A DNA stretch of 64,000 bases from Occultella glacieicola (lineage in GTDB: Bacteria > Actinomycetota > Actinomycetes > Actinomycetales > Beutenbergiaceae), in contig NZ_SMNA01000009.1 of the NCBI RefSeq assembly GCF_004353825.1, positions 1 through 64,000 of the forward strand. The letters run 5' to 3'. Of this stretch, positions 42,929-53,378 are shown piece by piece. The translations under genes and the position numbers were made by a program. Below the pieces are notes generated by a model. The model was given only the letters and a program-made list of their open reading frames with translations, searched no databases and was not told where the DNA came from. How positions within the stretch are numbered: the stretch's first letter is position 1; each line of letters starts with the position of its first letter.

Positions 42929-42975
42929 ACTTCCTTTACACTGCATTCAACGGCGAGGTTCGAGGGGAGGCAGCG

Positions 42976-43461
42976 ATGAACTACGGCTGGTTGTGGTGGC
43001 TCGGAGCGGCGTTGCTCCTCGGGGTCGTCGAGATGCTCACAGTCGACCTGTTGTTCCTGATGTTGGCCGGTGGCGCGGTGGCCGGCGCGGTCGCGGCCGG
43101 GCTCGGTGCCCCGTTCTGGGTGTCCGCACTCGTCGCCGCCGCGACATCGATCCTGCTGATCTTCGCGGTCCGGCCGTGGGCGTTGGCGCACCTGAAGAAG
43201 ACCACCCCGGACGCCGACACGAACATCTCCGCGCTCACCGGTCGCACCGCCACGGTCCTGGCGGACGTCACCCAGCAGACCGGCCGGGTCAAGCTCGCCG
43301 GGGAGGTCTGGACCGCGCGGGTGGAGCAACCGGGCGTGGTGCTGCAGGTCGGCGCGGTGGTGTCGGTGGTCCGCATCGAGGGAGCCACGGCCGTGGTCGC
43401 CCCGCAGGCGGTGCCGCAGAACCCGAGCCAGCCGTACGGCACACCCGGTCCCGGTTACTGA
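42976..43461 (+). CDS. NfeD family protein
   Basis: N-terminal TM helices plus GRVKLAGEVWTAR OB-fold; upstream of SPFH. Confidence 0.9.
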   Translation: MNYGWLWWLGAALLLGVVEMLTVDLLFLMLAGGAVAGAVAAGLGAPFWVSALVAAATSILLIFAVRPWALAHLKKTTPDADTNISALTGRTATVLADVTQQTGRVKLAGEVWTARVEQPGVVLQVGAVVSVVRIEGATAVVAPQAVPQNPSQPYGTPGPGY

Positions 43462-43523
43462 TCGACGACCTTCACACGAACGGCCCGCGGCGCGCGGGCC
43501 GGAGGAAACCAAAGGGGTAGTTC

Positions 43524-44696
43524 ATGGATTTCGGTCAGGTAGTCGGAGCAATCATCCTGATCCTGGTGGTGATCTTCGTGATCGTGGCGGCCCGCCGCGC
43601 GATCCGGATCGTGCCTCAGGCGGTGGCGCTCATCGTCGAGCGTCTCGGGCGGTACCAGACGACCATGTACGCCGGGCTGCACCTGCTGATCCCATTCGTG
43701 GACCGCGTCCGGGCCGGCGTCGACCTGCGTGAGCAGGTCGTGCCGTTCCCGCCCCAGCCGGTGATCACCTCCGACAACCTCGTGGTCAGCATCGACACCG
43801 TGATCTACTTCCAGGTCACCGACCCGAAGTCCGCCACCTACGAGATCGCGAACTACATCCAGGGCATCGAGCAGCTCACGGTCACCACGCTCCGGAACAT
43901 CATCGGTTCGATGGACCTCGAGCAGACGCTGACCAGCCGTGACCAGATCAACGGCCAGCTCCGTGGGGTCCTGGACGAGGCCACCGGCCGCTGGGGCATC
44001 CGCGTGAACCGCGTCGAGCTGAAGGCCATCGACCCGCCCCAGAGCGTGCAGGGTGCGATGGAGCAGCAGATGCGCGCCGAGCGTGACCGTCGTGCCGCGA
44101 TCCTCACCGCCGAGGGTGTCAAGCAGTCCCAGATCCTCACCGCCGAGGGTGAGAAGCAGTCCTCGATCCTGCGCGCCGAGGGCCAGGCCCAGGCTGCGAT
44201 CCTCAAGGCCCAGGGTGAGTCGCGCGCCATCCTCCAGGTGTTCGACGCGATCCACCGCGGCGACGCCGACCCCAAGCTGCTGGCCTACCAGTACCTGCAG
44301 ATGCTGCCGCAGATCGCGAACGGCTCCTCCTCCAAGCTCTGGGTGGTGCCCGCCGAGTTCACGGCGGCGCTCGGCTCGATCACCTCGGCGTTCGGCGGCG
44401 GCGAGACGCCCCCGCCCACGTCCGGTGGCGACGCGCCGTCCGGTCGCGGCCCCGACCGTGGCGATGGCCCGGAGATGATCGAGGGCCTGGACATCTCCCT
44501 GCCGGAGACCGCGTTGCAGGACCCCGCGGAGGCACTGCGGGAGGCCCGGAGCCAGGTGGACGAGGCGACGGCCGAGGCGAGCACCGCCGGTGAGCACACC
44601 GGGGTGCCGTTCGACCGGTCGTCCGAGGTCGGGCAGGCCGCGCCGGACGAGCCGATTCCGCCCGCAGCGAAGCCGTGGAGTCCGCACGGGGAGTGA
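43524..44696 (+). CDS. SPFH/stomatin-like (band 7) protein
   Basis: IVERLGRY, QPVITSDN, QMRAERDRRAAILTAEG. Confidence 0.94.
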   Translation: MDFGQVVGAIILILVVIFVIVAARRAIRIVPQAVALIVERLGRYQTTMYAGLHLLIPFVDRVRAGVDLREQVVPFPPQPVITSDNLVVSIDTVIYFQVTDPKSATYEIANYIQGIEQLTVTTLRNIIGSMDLEQTLTSRDQINGQLRGVLDEATGRWGIRVNRVELKAIDPPQSVQGAMEQQMRAERDRRAAILTAEGVKQSQILTAEGEKQSSILRAEGQAQAAILKAQGESRAILQVFDAIHRGDADPKLLAYQYLQMLPQIANGSSSKLWVVPAEFTAALGSITSAFGGGETPPPTSGGDAPSGRGPDRGDGPEMIEGLDISLPETALQDPAEALREARSQVDEATAEASTAGEHTGVPFDRSSEVGQAAPDEPIPPAAKPWSPHGE

Positions 44697-44703
44697 GATG
44701 CTG

Positions 44704-44725
44704 ACACGGTGTAACGTCACCGTGT
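44704..44725 (+). promoter_or_regulatory. Palindromic operator enclosing the -10 of a leaderless promoter
   Basis: ACACGGTG-TAACGT-CACCGTGT, perfect 8-bp arms; GTG start at 44724. Confidence 0.65.
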
Positions 44726-46454
44726 GCTGCGACTGGTCCGGACCTTCCTGAAGCCGTACACGTCGGCGATCGCCATCGTCTGCGTGCTCCAGTTCGTGCA
44801 GACGATGGCGGCCCTGTACCTGCCGACGCTGAACGCCCGCATCATCGATCAGGGCGTGGTCACGGGTGACACGGACTTCATCATGCGCACCGGCGCCCTG
44901 ATGCTCGGCATCTCGCTGGTGCAGATGGCCGCGAACGTGGTCGCGATCTACTTCGGCGCCCGCACGGCGATGGCCCTCGGCCGGGACCTGCGGGAGGCGC
45001 TGTTCGGCCGGATCATGGACTTCTCGGCGCAGGAGATGTCCGCGCTCGGGACGCCGTCGCTGATCACCCGCTCCACGAACGACGTGCAGCAGGTGCAGAT
45101 GTTCGTGTTCATGTCCCTGACCATGATCATCACGGCGCCGATCATGCTCGTCGGCGGCATCATCATGGCGGTCCAGGAGGACGCCGGACTCTCGCTCCTG
45201 CTCGTGGTCGTGGTGCCGGTGCTGGGCGGCACCATGGCCGTGGTGGCCAGCCGGATGGTGCCCTACTTCCGCAGCATGCAGAAGCGGATCGACACGATCA
45301 ACGGGATCCTGCGCGAGCAGATCACCGGGATCCGGGTGGTCCGGGCGTTCGTGAAGGAGCACGACGAGCAGGCCCGGTTCGCCCGCGCGAACAGCGAGCT
45401 GCGCGACGTCGCGATCCGGGTGGGCTGGGTGCTCGCGTTCGCCCTCCCGCTCGTGATGCTGATCGTCAACGGTGCCTCGGTCGCGGTCATGTGGTTCGGC
45501 GCGCAGCGGGTCGACTCCGGGGCGATGGAGATCGGCTCCATCGTTGCGTTCCTGAGCTACCTGATGTTCATCCTGTTCGCCGTGATGATGGCGACGATGA
45601 TGTTCATGTTCGCTCCCCGGGCCGTGGTCTCCGGTGAGCGGATCGACGAGGTCCTCGGCTCCGAACCGACCGTTCTGGCTCCCCTCGACCCGAAGCGACC
45701 GGACCGGGTGCGCGGCGCTGTCGAGTTCGACGCGGTCGACTTCCACTACCCGGGTGCCGAGGCGTCCGTGCTGCACGGGGTCTCGTTCCGCGCCGAGCCG
45801 GGCCGGACCACCGCGATCATCGGGTCGACCGGCTCCGGAAAGACCACGCTGCTGAACCTGGTGCCGCGGCTCTTCGACGCCTCCGAGGGTGCCGTGCGCA
45901 TCGACGGGATCGACGTGCGCGACATCGACCCGACGATCATCACCGGCGAGATCGGGCTGATCCCGCAGAAGCCCTACCTGTTCTCCGGGACGGTGGCCTC
46001 GAACCTGCGCTACGGGCGTGAGGACGCCACCGACGAGGAGATGTGGGACGCGCTGCGGGTCGCCCAGGCCGAGAACTTCGTGCGCTCCATGGACGGCGGC
46101 CTCGAGGCGGAGATCGCGCAGGGCGGCACGAACGTCTCCGGCGGTCAGCGCCAACGCCTCGCGATCGCGCGGGCGCTGATCCGCAAGCCGTCCATCTACC
46201 TGTTCGACGACTCCTTCTCCGCACTGGACTACGCGACCGACGCGGCGCTGCGGGTCGCGCTACGGCCGCGGACCCGGGACGCGAGCGTGATCATCGTGGC
46301 TCAGCGGGTCTCCACGATCAGGGACGCGGACCAGATCCTGGTGCTCGAGCACGGCCGGGTGGTCGGCGCCGGCTCCCATGACGAACTCCTCGCCACGAAC
46401 GAGACCTACCAGGAGATCGTCTCCTCGCAGCTGACCGCGGCGGAGGCGGCATGA
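44724..46454 (+). CDS. Heterodimeric ABC exporter subunit (degenerate NBD)
   Basis: TMD plus GSTGSGKT, VSGGQ, YLFDD (Asp for catalytic Glu), AQR switch. Confidence 0.92.
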   Translation: MLRLVRTFLKPYTSAIAIVCVLQFVQTMAALYLPTLNARIIDQGVVTGDTDFIMRTGALMLGISLVQMAANVVAIYFGARTAMALGRDLREALFGRIMDFSAQEMSALGTPSLITRSTNDVQQVQMFVFMSLTMIITAPIMLVGGIIMAVQEDAGLSLLLVVVVPVLGGTMAVVASRMVPYFRSMQKRIDTINGILREQITGIRVVRAFVKEHDEQARFARANSELRDVAIRVGWVLAFALPLVMLIVNGASVAVMWFGAQRVDSGAMEIGSIVAFLSYLMFILFAVMMATMMFMFAPRAVVSGERIDEVLGSEPTVLAPLDPKRPDRVRGAVEFDAVDFHYPGAEASVLHGVSFRAEPGRTTAIIGSTGSGKTTLLNLVPRLFDASEGAVRIDGIDVRDIDPTIITGEIGLIPQKPYLFSGTVASNLRYGREDATDEEMWDALRVAQAENFVRSMDGGLEAEIAQGGTNVSGGQRQRLAIARALIRKPSIYLFDDSFSALDYATDAALRVALRPRTRDASVIIVAQRVSTIRDADQILVLEHGRVVGAGSHDELLATNETYQEIVSSQLTAAEAA

Positions 46455-48478
46455 GCACCGACGACACCGAGGACGTCACCCGGGGCGAACGCGCCGACGA
46501 CTCCGAACTGAAGGCCTCCGTCAAGCCCGCGGCCCGCCGGCCCCAGGCGCACGGCCCGGGCGGCGGGATCGGGATGCCGGCCGAGAAGGCGATGAACCTC
46601 GGCGGCACGCTGCGCCGGATGGTCTCCGAACTGCGCCCGCAACGGGTCGCCGTCATCGTCGCGATCGCGTTCGGCGTGGTCTCCACGGCGCTCGTGGTGC
46701 TCGGGCCGAAACTGCTCGGGAACGCCACCAACGCGATCTTCGACGGGTTCGTCGGCAGCCAGTTCGAGCCCGGCCTGACCCAGCCGGAACTCGTCGAGCT
46801 GCTGCGCTCGCAGGGCATGGACGCCCAGGCCGACCTGGTCAGCGGGATGCCGAACCTGGTCCCCGGGCAGGGCATCGACTTCACCCGGCTCGCCCAGTTG
46901 CTCGGGGTGGTCCTGGCCGTGTACGCCGCGTCCTTCCTGTTCAGCTGGCTGCAGGGCCGGATCACGACCAGGGTGGTCCAGCAGACCGTGTACGACCTGC
47001 GCGAACGCTCCGAGACGAAACTGGCGCGGCTGCCGCTGAGCTACTTCGACAAGCAGGCCCGCGGCGAGGTCCTCTCCCGGGTCACGAACGACATCGACAA
47101 CATCGCCCAGACGCTGCAGCAGTCGCTGTCCCAGCTGATCACCTCGGTCCTGACCGTGATCGGCGTGCTGTTCATGATGTTCTACATCTCGTGGATCCTG
47201 GCCCTGGTGGCGCTCGTGACGATCCCGTTGTCCGCCGTGGTGGTCGCGCAGATCGCCAAGCGCTCCCAGCCCCAGTTCGTGGAGCAGTGGAAGCGCACCG
47301 GGACCGTGAACTCCCACGTCGAGGAGATGTACACCGGGCACTCCCTGGTGAAGGTGTTCGGCCACGAAAAGACCGCCCGGGCGACGTTCGAGCAGGAGAA
47401 CACGCAGCTCTACGAGGCGAGCTTCAAGGCGCAGTTCATCACGGGCACCATCCAGCCGGTCATGGGCTTCGTGTCCAACCTCGGCTACGTGGTGGTGGCG
47501 GTGGTCGGTGGGCTGCGCGTCGCCTCCGGCCAGATGAGCCTCGGCGACGTGCAGGCGTTCATCCAGTACTCACGCCAGTTCTCGCAGCCGATCACCCAGA
47601 TCGCCTCGATGATGAACCTGCTCCAGTCCGGCGCGGCCTCCGCCGAGCGCGTGTTCGAGATGCTCGACGCACCGGAGGAGTCCGCGGACCCGGTCGCCCC
47701 GGCGACGCTCGGGGAGGTCGAGGGACGGGTCGCATTCGAGAACGTGTCCTTCAGCTACTCGCCGGAGCGGCCCCTGATCGAGGACCTCTCGTTCGTGGCC
47801 GAGCCCGGCCAGACGATCGCGATCGTCGGCCCGACCGGCGCCGGCAAGACCACGCTGGTGAACCTGATCATGCGCTTCTACGAGGTGAACGGCGGCCGGA
47901 TCACGATCGACGGCGTGGACACCCGCGACCTCACCCGGGCCGGCCTGCGTTCGAACATCGGCATGGTGCTGCAGGACACCTGGCTGTTCGGCGGCTCCAT
48001 CGCGGACAACATCGGCTACGGCACCCACCGGGAGGTCACGGAGGCGGAACTGGTCGCCGCCGCCGAAGCCACCCACGTGGACCCGTTCGTGCGGACCCTG
48101 CCCGACGGGTACGAGACCAGGCTGGACGACGAGGGCACCGAGGGCACGGCCGTCAGCGCCGGTGAGAAGCAGCTGCTGACCATCGCCCGGGCCTTCCTCG
48201 CCGACCCGGCGATCCTGATCCTCGACGAGGCCACCTCCTCGGTGGACACCCGTACCGAGGTGCTCGTCCAGGAGGCGATGAACGCGCTCCGGCACGGCCG
48301 CACCAGCTTCGTCATCGCCCACCGGCTCTCCACGATCCGGGATGCCGACATCATCCTCGTGATGGAGGAGGGTTCGATCGTCGAGAAGGGCAGCCACGAT
48401 GCGCTGATCGCGGCGGGCGGTGCCTACGCGCGCCTGTACCGGGCCCAGTTCGCGGCCGCGGCGGCCGAGGTCGACTGA
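46451..48478 (+). CDS. Heterodimeric ABC exporter subunit (consensus Walker B)
   Basis: TMD plus GPTGAGKT, SAGEKQ, LILDE, AHR. Confidence 0.92.
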   Translation: MSTDDTEDVTRGERADDSELKASVKPAARRPQAHGPGGGIGMPAEKAMNLGGTLRRMVSELRPQRVAVIVAIAFGVVSTALVVLGPKLLGNATNAIFDGFVGSQFEPGLTQPELVELLRSQGMDAQADLVSGMPNLVPGQGIDFTRLAQLLGVVLAVYAASFLFSWLQGRITTRVVQQTVYDLRERSETKLARLPLSYFDKQARGEVLSRVTNDIDNIAQTLQQSLSQLITSVLTVIGVLFMMFYISWILALVALVTIPLSAVVVAQIAKRSQPQFVEQWKRTGTVNSHVEEMYTGHSLVKVFGHEKTARATFEQENTQLYEASFKAQFITGTIQPVMGFVSNLGYVVVAVVGGLRVASGQMSLGDVQAFIQYSRQFSQPITQIASMMNLLQSGAASAERVFEMLDAPEESADPVAPATLGEVEGRVAFENVSFSYSPERPLIEDLSFVAEPGQTIAIVGPTGAGKTTLVNLIMRFYEVNGGRITIDGVDTRDLTRAGLRSNIGMVLQDTWLFGGSIADNIGYGTHREVTEAELVAAAEATHVDPFVRTLPDGYETRLDDEGTEGTAVSAGEKQLLTIARAFLADPAILILDEATSSVDTRTEVLVQEAMNALRHGRTSFVIAHRLSTIRDADIILVMEEGSIVEKGSHDALIAAGGAYARLYRAQFAAAAAEVD

Positions 48479-48625
48479 GCGGTCCGACCGGCCCCGCGCG
48501 CGAGGCGACGGCCACCACGCACACGAACGGGACGCCGTCGTACACCGGAAGTTCGACAACACGTCGGGCGACATCACCCGCGCGGTGGATACGCTGCGCG
48601 CCCGGCATCTGCCACCATCGGCCCT

Positions 48626-49801
48626 ATGCGCATCGCAGTGGTGGCCGAGTCGTTCCTCCCGCAGGCCAACGGGGTGACCGTCACGCTGCTGCGCCTGCTG
48701 GAGTACCTGGACGTGCGCGGCGAGGACGTGCTGGTGCTGGCGCCGGCCCCCGGCCGCGGCGAGCACGCGGTCGCCGAGTACGCCGGCGCGAGCGTGCGCC
48801 GCTACCGGGCAGTGCCGCTGCCCGGCTACGCGGAGATGCGGCTGTCGAACCCGCGGGTGCGGACCCTGGAGGAGCACCTGCGCTACTTCGGTCCCGACGT
48901 CATGCACCTCGCGGCACCGTTCGTGCTCGGCTGGCAGGCGATCGGCGCGGCCCAGTCACTCGGGCTGCCGTCGGTCGCGGTCTACCAGACCGAGGTGCCC
49001 AGTTACGCCAAGCGGTACAAGGTGCGCCAGATCGAGCCGCTGCTTTGGCGTCGGATCGAGGACATCCACAAGAGCGCCACGCTGTCGCTGGCGCCCTCCT
49101 CGTACGCCTGCCAGCAACTGATCGACCGCGGTGTGCACCGGGTGGCGGTGTGGCCCCACGGCGTCGACCGGGACCGGTTCTCACCGGTACACCGGGACGA
49201 GGCCCTGCACGCCTCCCTGGCGCCGGGCGACGAGGTCGTGGTCGGGTATGTGGGGCGCCTGGCACGGGAGAAGCAGGTGGAGGACCTGGCCGTGCTGCAG
49301 AACCTGCCAGGGGTGCGGCTGGTGGTGGTCGGGGACGGGCCGCGCCGCGACCAGATCCGGCGGGCACTGCCGAACGCGACATTCACCGGGCGGCTCGAGG
49401 GTGCCGATCTGACCCGGATGATGGCGAGCCTCGACGTGTTCGTCCACACCGGCGAGATGGACACGTTCGCGCAGACCATCCAGGAGGCCCAGGCCAGCGG
49501 GGTGCCGGTGGTCGCGCCGGCCCGGGGCGGTCCGATCGACCTGGTCGCCGACGGGCAGAACGGCCGCCTCTACACGCCGGGTGACCTGGGCGCGATGCGT
49601 CGCGCGGTCGAGGGCCTCGCCGCGGACCCCGTGCGCCGCACCATGATGGGGCTGGCCGCCCGGGAGTCCACCGCGCCGCGGACCTGGGACGCGGTGAACG
49701 CCGAGGTGACCCAGCACTACGCGAACGCCATCGAGTTCGCCGCGCGGGACCGGATCGCCTCCGGCGGTCGCCCGATGCGGCGCCGGCTGATCACCCGTTA
49801 G
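48626..49801 (+). CDS. GT4 glycosyltransferase, MgtA-like mannosyltransferase family
   Basis: MRIAVVAESFLPQANGVT, YVGRLAREK, TFAQTIQEAQASG. Confidence 0.85.
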   Translation: MRIAVVAESFLPQANGVTVTLLRLLEYLDVRGEDVLVLAPAPGRGEHAVAEYAGASVRRYRAVPLPGYAEMRLSNPRVRTLEEHLRYFGPDVMHLAAPFVLGWQAIGAAQSLGLPSVAVYQTEVPSYAKRYKVRQIEPLLWRRIEDIHKSATLSLAPSSYACQQLIDRGVHRVAVWPHGVDRDRFSPVHRDEALHASLAPGDEVVVGYVGRLAREKQVEDLAVLQNLPGVRLVVVGDGPRRDQIRRALPNATFTGRLEGADLTRMMASLDVFVHTGEMDTFAQTIQEAQASGVPVVAPARGGPIDLVADGQNGRLYTPGDLGAMRRAVEGLAADPVRRTMMGLAARESTAPRTWDAVNAEVTQHYANAIEFAARDRIASGGRPMRRRLITR

Positions 49802-49811
49802 TCTCGCGGGC

Positions 49812-50636
49812 GTGCCGACCGTCCCGCTCACCGATCTCGGATCCGCCGAACTCGCCGACTACACCCGTCTCACCGATGTGGCGCTGCGCTCGCGCAGCGA
49901 GCCCGAGCGTGGCATGTACCTCGCCGAGAGCTCCACGGTGATCCGCCGGGCGGTGGCCGCGGGGCATCGGCCGCGCTCCTTCCTGCTCGAGCCGAAGTGG
50001 CTCCCGGACCTGGAGCCGCTGCTGGCACGGGTCGGTGCCGGCGAGCACGGGGACATCCCGGTCTACCTGGCCGAGCAGGACCTGCTCGAGCAGATCACCG
50101 GCTTCCACCTGCACCGGGGCGCGCTCGCGGCCATGCACCGCCCGCCGCTGGCTCCGGTGGCGCAGGTCGTCGCCGGGGCGCGGCGGGTCGCGATCCTCGA
50201 GGACATCGTCGACCATACGAACGTGGGTGCGGCGTTCCGCAGCGCCGCCGGGCTGGGCGTGGACGCCGTGCTGGTCACGCCGCGGTGCGCGGACCCCTTC
50301 TACCGGCGCTCCGTCCGGGTCTCCATGGGCACCGTGTTCCAGGTCCCGTGGACCCGGATCGACCCCTGGCCGGCCGGGATCGCCACGCTGCGCGACGCCG
50401 GGTTCGTCACGGCCGCACTCGCCCTCGACGAGCACTCGATCCGTTTGGACGACCTCGCCGACGACCCGCCCGAGCGGCTCGCCGTGGTGCTGGGCGCCGA
50501 GGGCCACGGGCTCAAGGCCCGCACCGTCGCGGAGTGCGACCGGGTGGTGCGCATCCCGATGGCTGGCGGGGTGGACTCGCTGAACGTCGCCGCCGCCGCG
50601 GCGGTCGCGTTCTGGGCGACCCGGACCCGGTCGTGA
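49812..50636 (+). CDS. TrmH/SpoU family RNA methyltransferase
   Basis: DHTNVGAAFRSA, GAEGHGL, IPMAGGVDSLNV. Confidence 0.93.
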   Translation: MPTVPLTDLGSAELADYTRLTDVALRSRSEPERGMYLAESSTVIRRAVAAGHRPRSFLLEPKWLPDLEPLLARVGAGEHGDIPVYLAEQDLLEQITGFHLHRGALAAMHRPPLAPVAQVVAGARRVAILEDIVDHTNVGAAFRSAAGLGVDAVLVTPRCADPFYRRSVRVSMGTVFQVPWTRIDPWPAGIATLRDAGFVTAALALDEHSIRLDDLADDPPERLAVVLGAEGHGLKARTVAECDRVVRIPMAGGVDSLNVAAAAAVAFWATRTRS

Positions 50637-51721
50637 GCACCGGGCCGGCGTCGCTCGCGGTCCGTCTGCAGCGTGCGGACACGGTGGCGGACTCGGTCGC
50701 GGATCTGACCGAGGCCGACCTGAAGGAACTCATCCGGGACGCGACGCCGCTGGGGTCCGGAATCGGCGGGCGCACCCTGCTGACCGTCGTCGGCGGGGTT
50801 GAGGTCTTCGTGAAGCAGGTCCGGCTGACCGACCTGGAGCGCCGGCCCGAGCACCGGGGCTCGACCGCGAACCTGTTCGGTCTGCCCCCGTACTACCAGT
50901 ACGGGGCCGGTTCGGCGGGCTTCGGGGTGTGGCGCGAACTCGCGGCGCACGAACGCACCACCGCCTGGGTGCGCACCGGGTCGACGCCGAGCTTCCCGTT
51001 GCTCTACGGCCACCGCGTGCTCGAGGCCGCACCCCCTCCGGCCACGGCCACGGACTCCGGGCAGGACTGGACGGAGCCGGCCGCGGCGGCCCGGTTCTGG
51101 GGCTCGACGGCGGTGCGCGAGCGGGTGGAGGCGCTCGCCGGGGCGTCGGCGAGCGTACTGCTGTTCCTGGAGTACCTGCCCGGGCACGTGTCCGGCTGGT
51201 TCGGCGCCCGGATGGCCGAGGGCGGCCCCGGGCTCGATGCGGCGTGCGCGATGCTCGAGTCCGACCCGGTCCGGACGGCCCGGCTCATGAACGAGGACGG
51301 ACTGCACCATTTCGACGCGCATCCGCTCAACCTCCTCACCGACGGTCACCGGGTGTACATCGCGGACCTCGGGCTCGCCACCGACACCGGGTACGACCTC
51401 GGCGACGACGAACGCGCCTTCCTGGCCAGGCACACCACCTACGACGGCGCGTACGTCGTCACCCAGCTGGTGAACGCCCTGGTGCGGGGACTGACCGACC
51501 GGCCCACGCCGTCGGACCGGTTGGACCTGCTGCGCCGGTGCGCGGGCGGCGAGCGGCTCGACGGCATCCGGCCGGCCGCGGCGGACCTGATCACCCGCTA
51601 CGCACCCCTCGCCGTCCTCACGAACGAGTTCTGGCACGACCTCACCCGGGTGAGCCGCCGCACCCGCTACCCGGACGAGGCGGTCCGGGCCGCGGGGGAG
51701 GCCGCCGGGCTCACGCTCTGA
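50633..51721 (+). CDS. Protein kinase-like protein
   Basis: GSGIGG Gly loop, VFVK, HFDAHPLN catalytic loop, ADLG. Confidence 0.75.
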   Translation: MSTGPASLAVRLQRADTVADSVADLTEADLKELIRDATPLGSGIGGRTLLTVVGGVEVFVKQVRLTDLERRPEHRGSTANLFGLPPYYQYGAGSAGFGVWRELAAHERTTAWVRTGSTPSFPLLYGHRVLEAAPPPATATDSGQDWTEPAAAARFWGSTAVRERVEALAGASASVLLFLEYLPGHVSGWFGARMAEGGPGLDAACAMLESDPVRTARLMNEDGLHHFDAHPLNLLTDGHRVYIADLGLATDTGYDLGDDERAFLARHTTYDGAYVVTQLVNALVRGLTDRPTPSDRLDLLRRCAGGERLDGIRPAAADLITRYAPLAVLTNEFWHDLTRVSRRTRYPDEAVRAAGEAAGLTL

Positions 51722-53378
51722 GCGCGGCCAGGGCGAGGCGTCGCTCCCGCTGCGCGACCGGGTCCGGAACCGGCACCGACGCCAGCAGACGCTGGGTATA
51801 GGGGTGCGTCGGGGCGCCCAGGACCTGCGCAGCAGTGCCCAGTTCGACCAGTTCGCCCCGGTGCAGCACGCCCACCCGGTCCGCCACCATCGCCACGACG
51901 GCGAGGTCATGGCTGATGAACAGGGTCGCGAAGCCGAGGCGCTGCTGCAGCTCCGCGAACACCTCGAGCACCTTCGCCTGGACCGAGACGTCCAGCGCCG
52001 AGGTCGGCTCGTCCGCGATCAGGAGCTCGGGATCCAGGGCGAGGGCCCGGGCCAGGCTGGCCCGCTGCCGCTGACCGCCGGAGAGCTCGTGCGGGTAGCG
52101 GGCGGCGTACGCGGTGGGCAGGTGCACGGCATCGAGCAGTTCGTGGACCCGGACCCGGGCCGCGTGCACGTCCGGGAACCGGCCGTGCACCACGAGCGGC
52201 TCGGCCACGCAGTCCCCGATCGTCAGCAACGGGTTGAAGCTGGTGGCCGGGTCCTGGAACACGAACCCGATCCGGGCCCGCAGGGGCCGGAACGCGCGCT
52301 CCCGGAACCCGACCATCTCGTGCCCGAGCACCTGCAGCGAACCGCCCGTGGCCGGGGTCAGACCGGCGATCGTCCGCCCGATGGTGGTCTTCCCGGACCC
52401 GGACTCACCCACCAGCCCGACCACCTCGCCCGGTCCGATCCGCAGGCTGACCCCGTTGACGGCGCGGAACCCGCTCCGGCCGAACCGCCCGGGGTAGACC
52501 ACCTCCAGGTCCTCGGCGGTGACCACCGCAGCCACCTCCGGACCGTCGGCCGACGACGAGACCGCAGCGCCGCCGTCGGGCTCGCTCGAGTGCGCCTGCA
52601 ACCGCGGCACCGCGGCGAGCAGGGCCTGCGTGTAGGGGTGCTGGGGCCGGGCGAAGAGCTCCGACGCGCTCGCCTGCTCGACGAGCTTGCCCCGGTACAT
52701 CACGGCGACCCGGTCCGCGAGATCCGCGACCACACCCATGTTGTGGGTGATCAGCACGATCGAGGAACCGAACTCGTCCCGGACCAGACGCAGCAGGTCC
52801 AGGATCTCGGCCTGCACGGTCACGTCCAGTGCCGTCGTCGGTTCGTCGGCGACGATCACCTTGGGGCCCAGCACGAGTGCCATCGCGATCACGATGCGTT
52901 GCTTCTGGCCGCCGGAGAACTGGTGCGGGTAGTGGTCCACCCGGATCTCCGGGTCCGGGATGCCCACCCGGCCGAGCACCTCGATCGCGCGGCGACGGGC
53001 CTCCTGCTTGGAGACGGTGCCGTGGGCCCGGAGCCCCTCGGCGATCTGCCAGCCGATCGGGAACACCGGGTTCAGGGCGGCCGAGGGTTCCTGGAACACC
53101 ATGGCCACGTCCCGTCCGCGGACCCGCCGCATCTGCGTGGGACCGAGGGTGACCACGTCGTTGCCGGCGAGGAGCACGGCGCCGTCCACCGTGGCCGTCT
53201 CCGGCAGCAGCCGCAGGATCGTCTTCGCCGTGACGGTCTTGCCCGACCCGGACTCCCCGACGATGGCGAGTACCTCACCGGGCTGCACCTGCAGGCTCAC
53301 GCCGTCGACGGCGGTGACCGGGTCCGCATCGGTGGCGAAGGTGACGTGCAGATCCTTGATCTCGACGACGGCGCTCAT
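51711..53378 (-). CDS. Peptide/nickel ABC transporter fused ATPase (DppD/F-like)
   Basis: Two GESGSGK Walker A, YPHQFSGGQ/YPHELSGGQ, HPYTQ. Confidence 0.93.
   Translation of the reverse strand: MSAVVEIKDLHVTFATDADPVTAVDGVSLQVQPGEVLAIVGESGSGKTVTAKTILRLLPETATVDGAVLLAGNDVVTLGPTQMRRVRGRDVAMVFQEPSAALNPVFPIGWQIAEGLRAHGTVSKQEARRRAIEVLGRVGIPDPEIRVDHYPHQFSGGQKQRIVIAMALVLGPKVIVADEPTTALDVTVQAEILDLLRLVRDEFGSSIVLITHNMGVVADLADRVAVMYRGKLVEQASASELFARPQHPYTQALLAAVPRLQAHSSEPDGGAAVSSSADGPEVAAVVTAEDLEVVYPGRFGRSGFRAVNGVSLRIGPGEVVGLVGESGSGKTTIGRTIAGLTPATGGSLQVLGHEMVGFRERAFRPLRARIGFVFQDPATSFNPLLTIGDCVAEPLVVHGRFPDVHAARVRVHELLDAVHLPTAYAARYPHELSGGQRQRASLARALALDPELLIADEPTSALDVSVQAKVLEVFAELQQRLGFATLFISHDLAVVAMVADRVGVLHRGELVELGTAAQVLGAPTHPYTQRLLASVPVPDPVAQRERRLALAALRA

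Noticed and set aside
49997..50632. N-terminal extension of the kinase-like ORF
   Set aside because: Overlaps TrmH out of frame; GTG at 50633 couples to the TrmH stop
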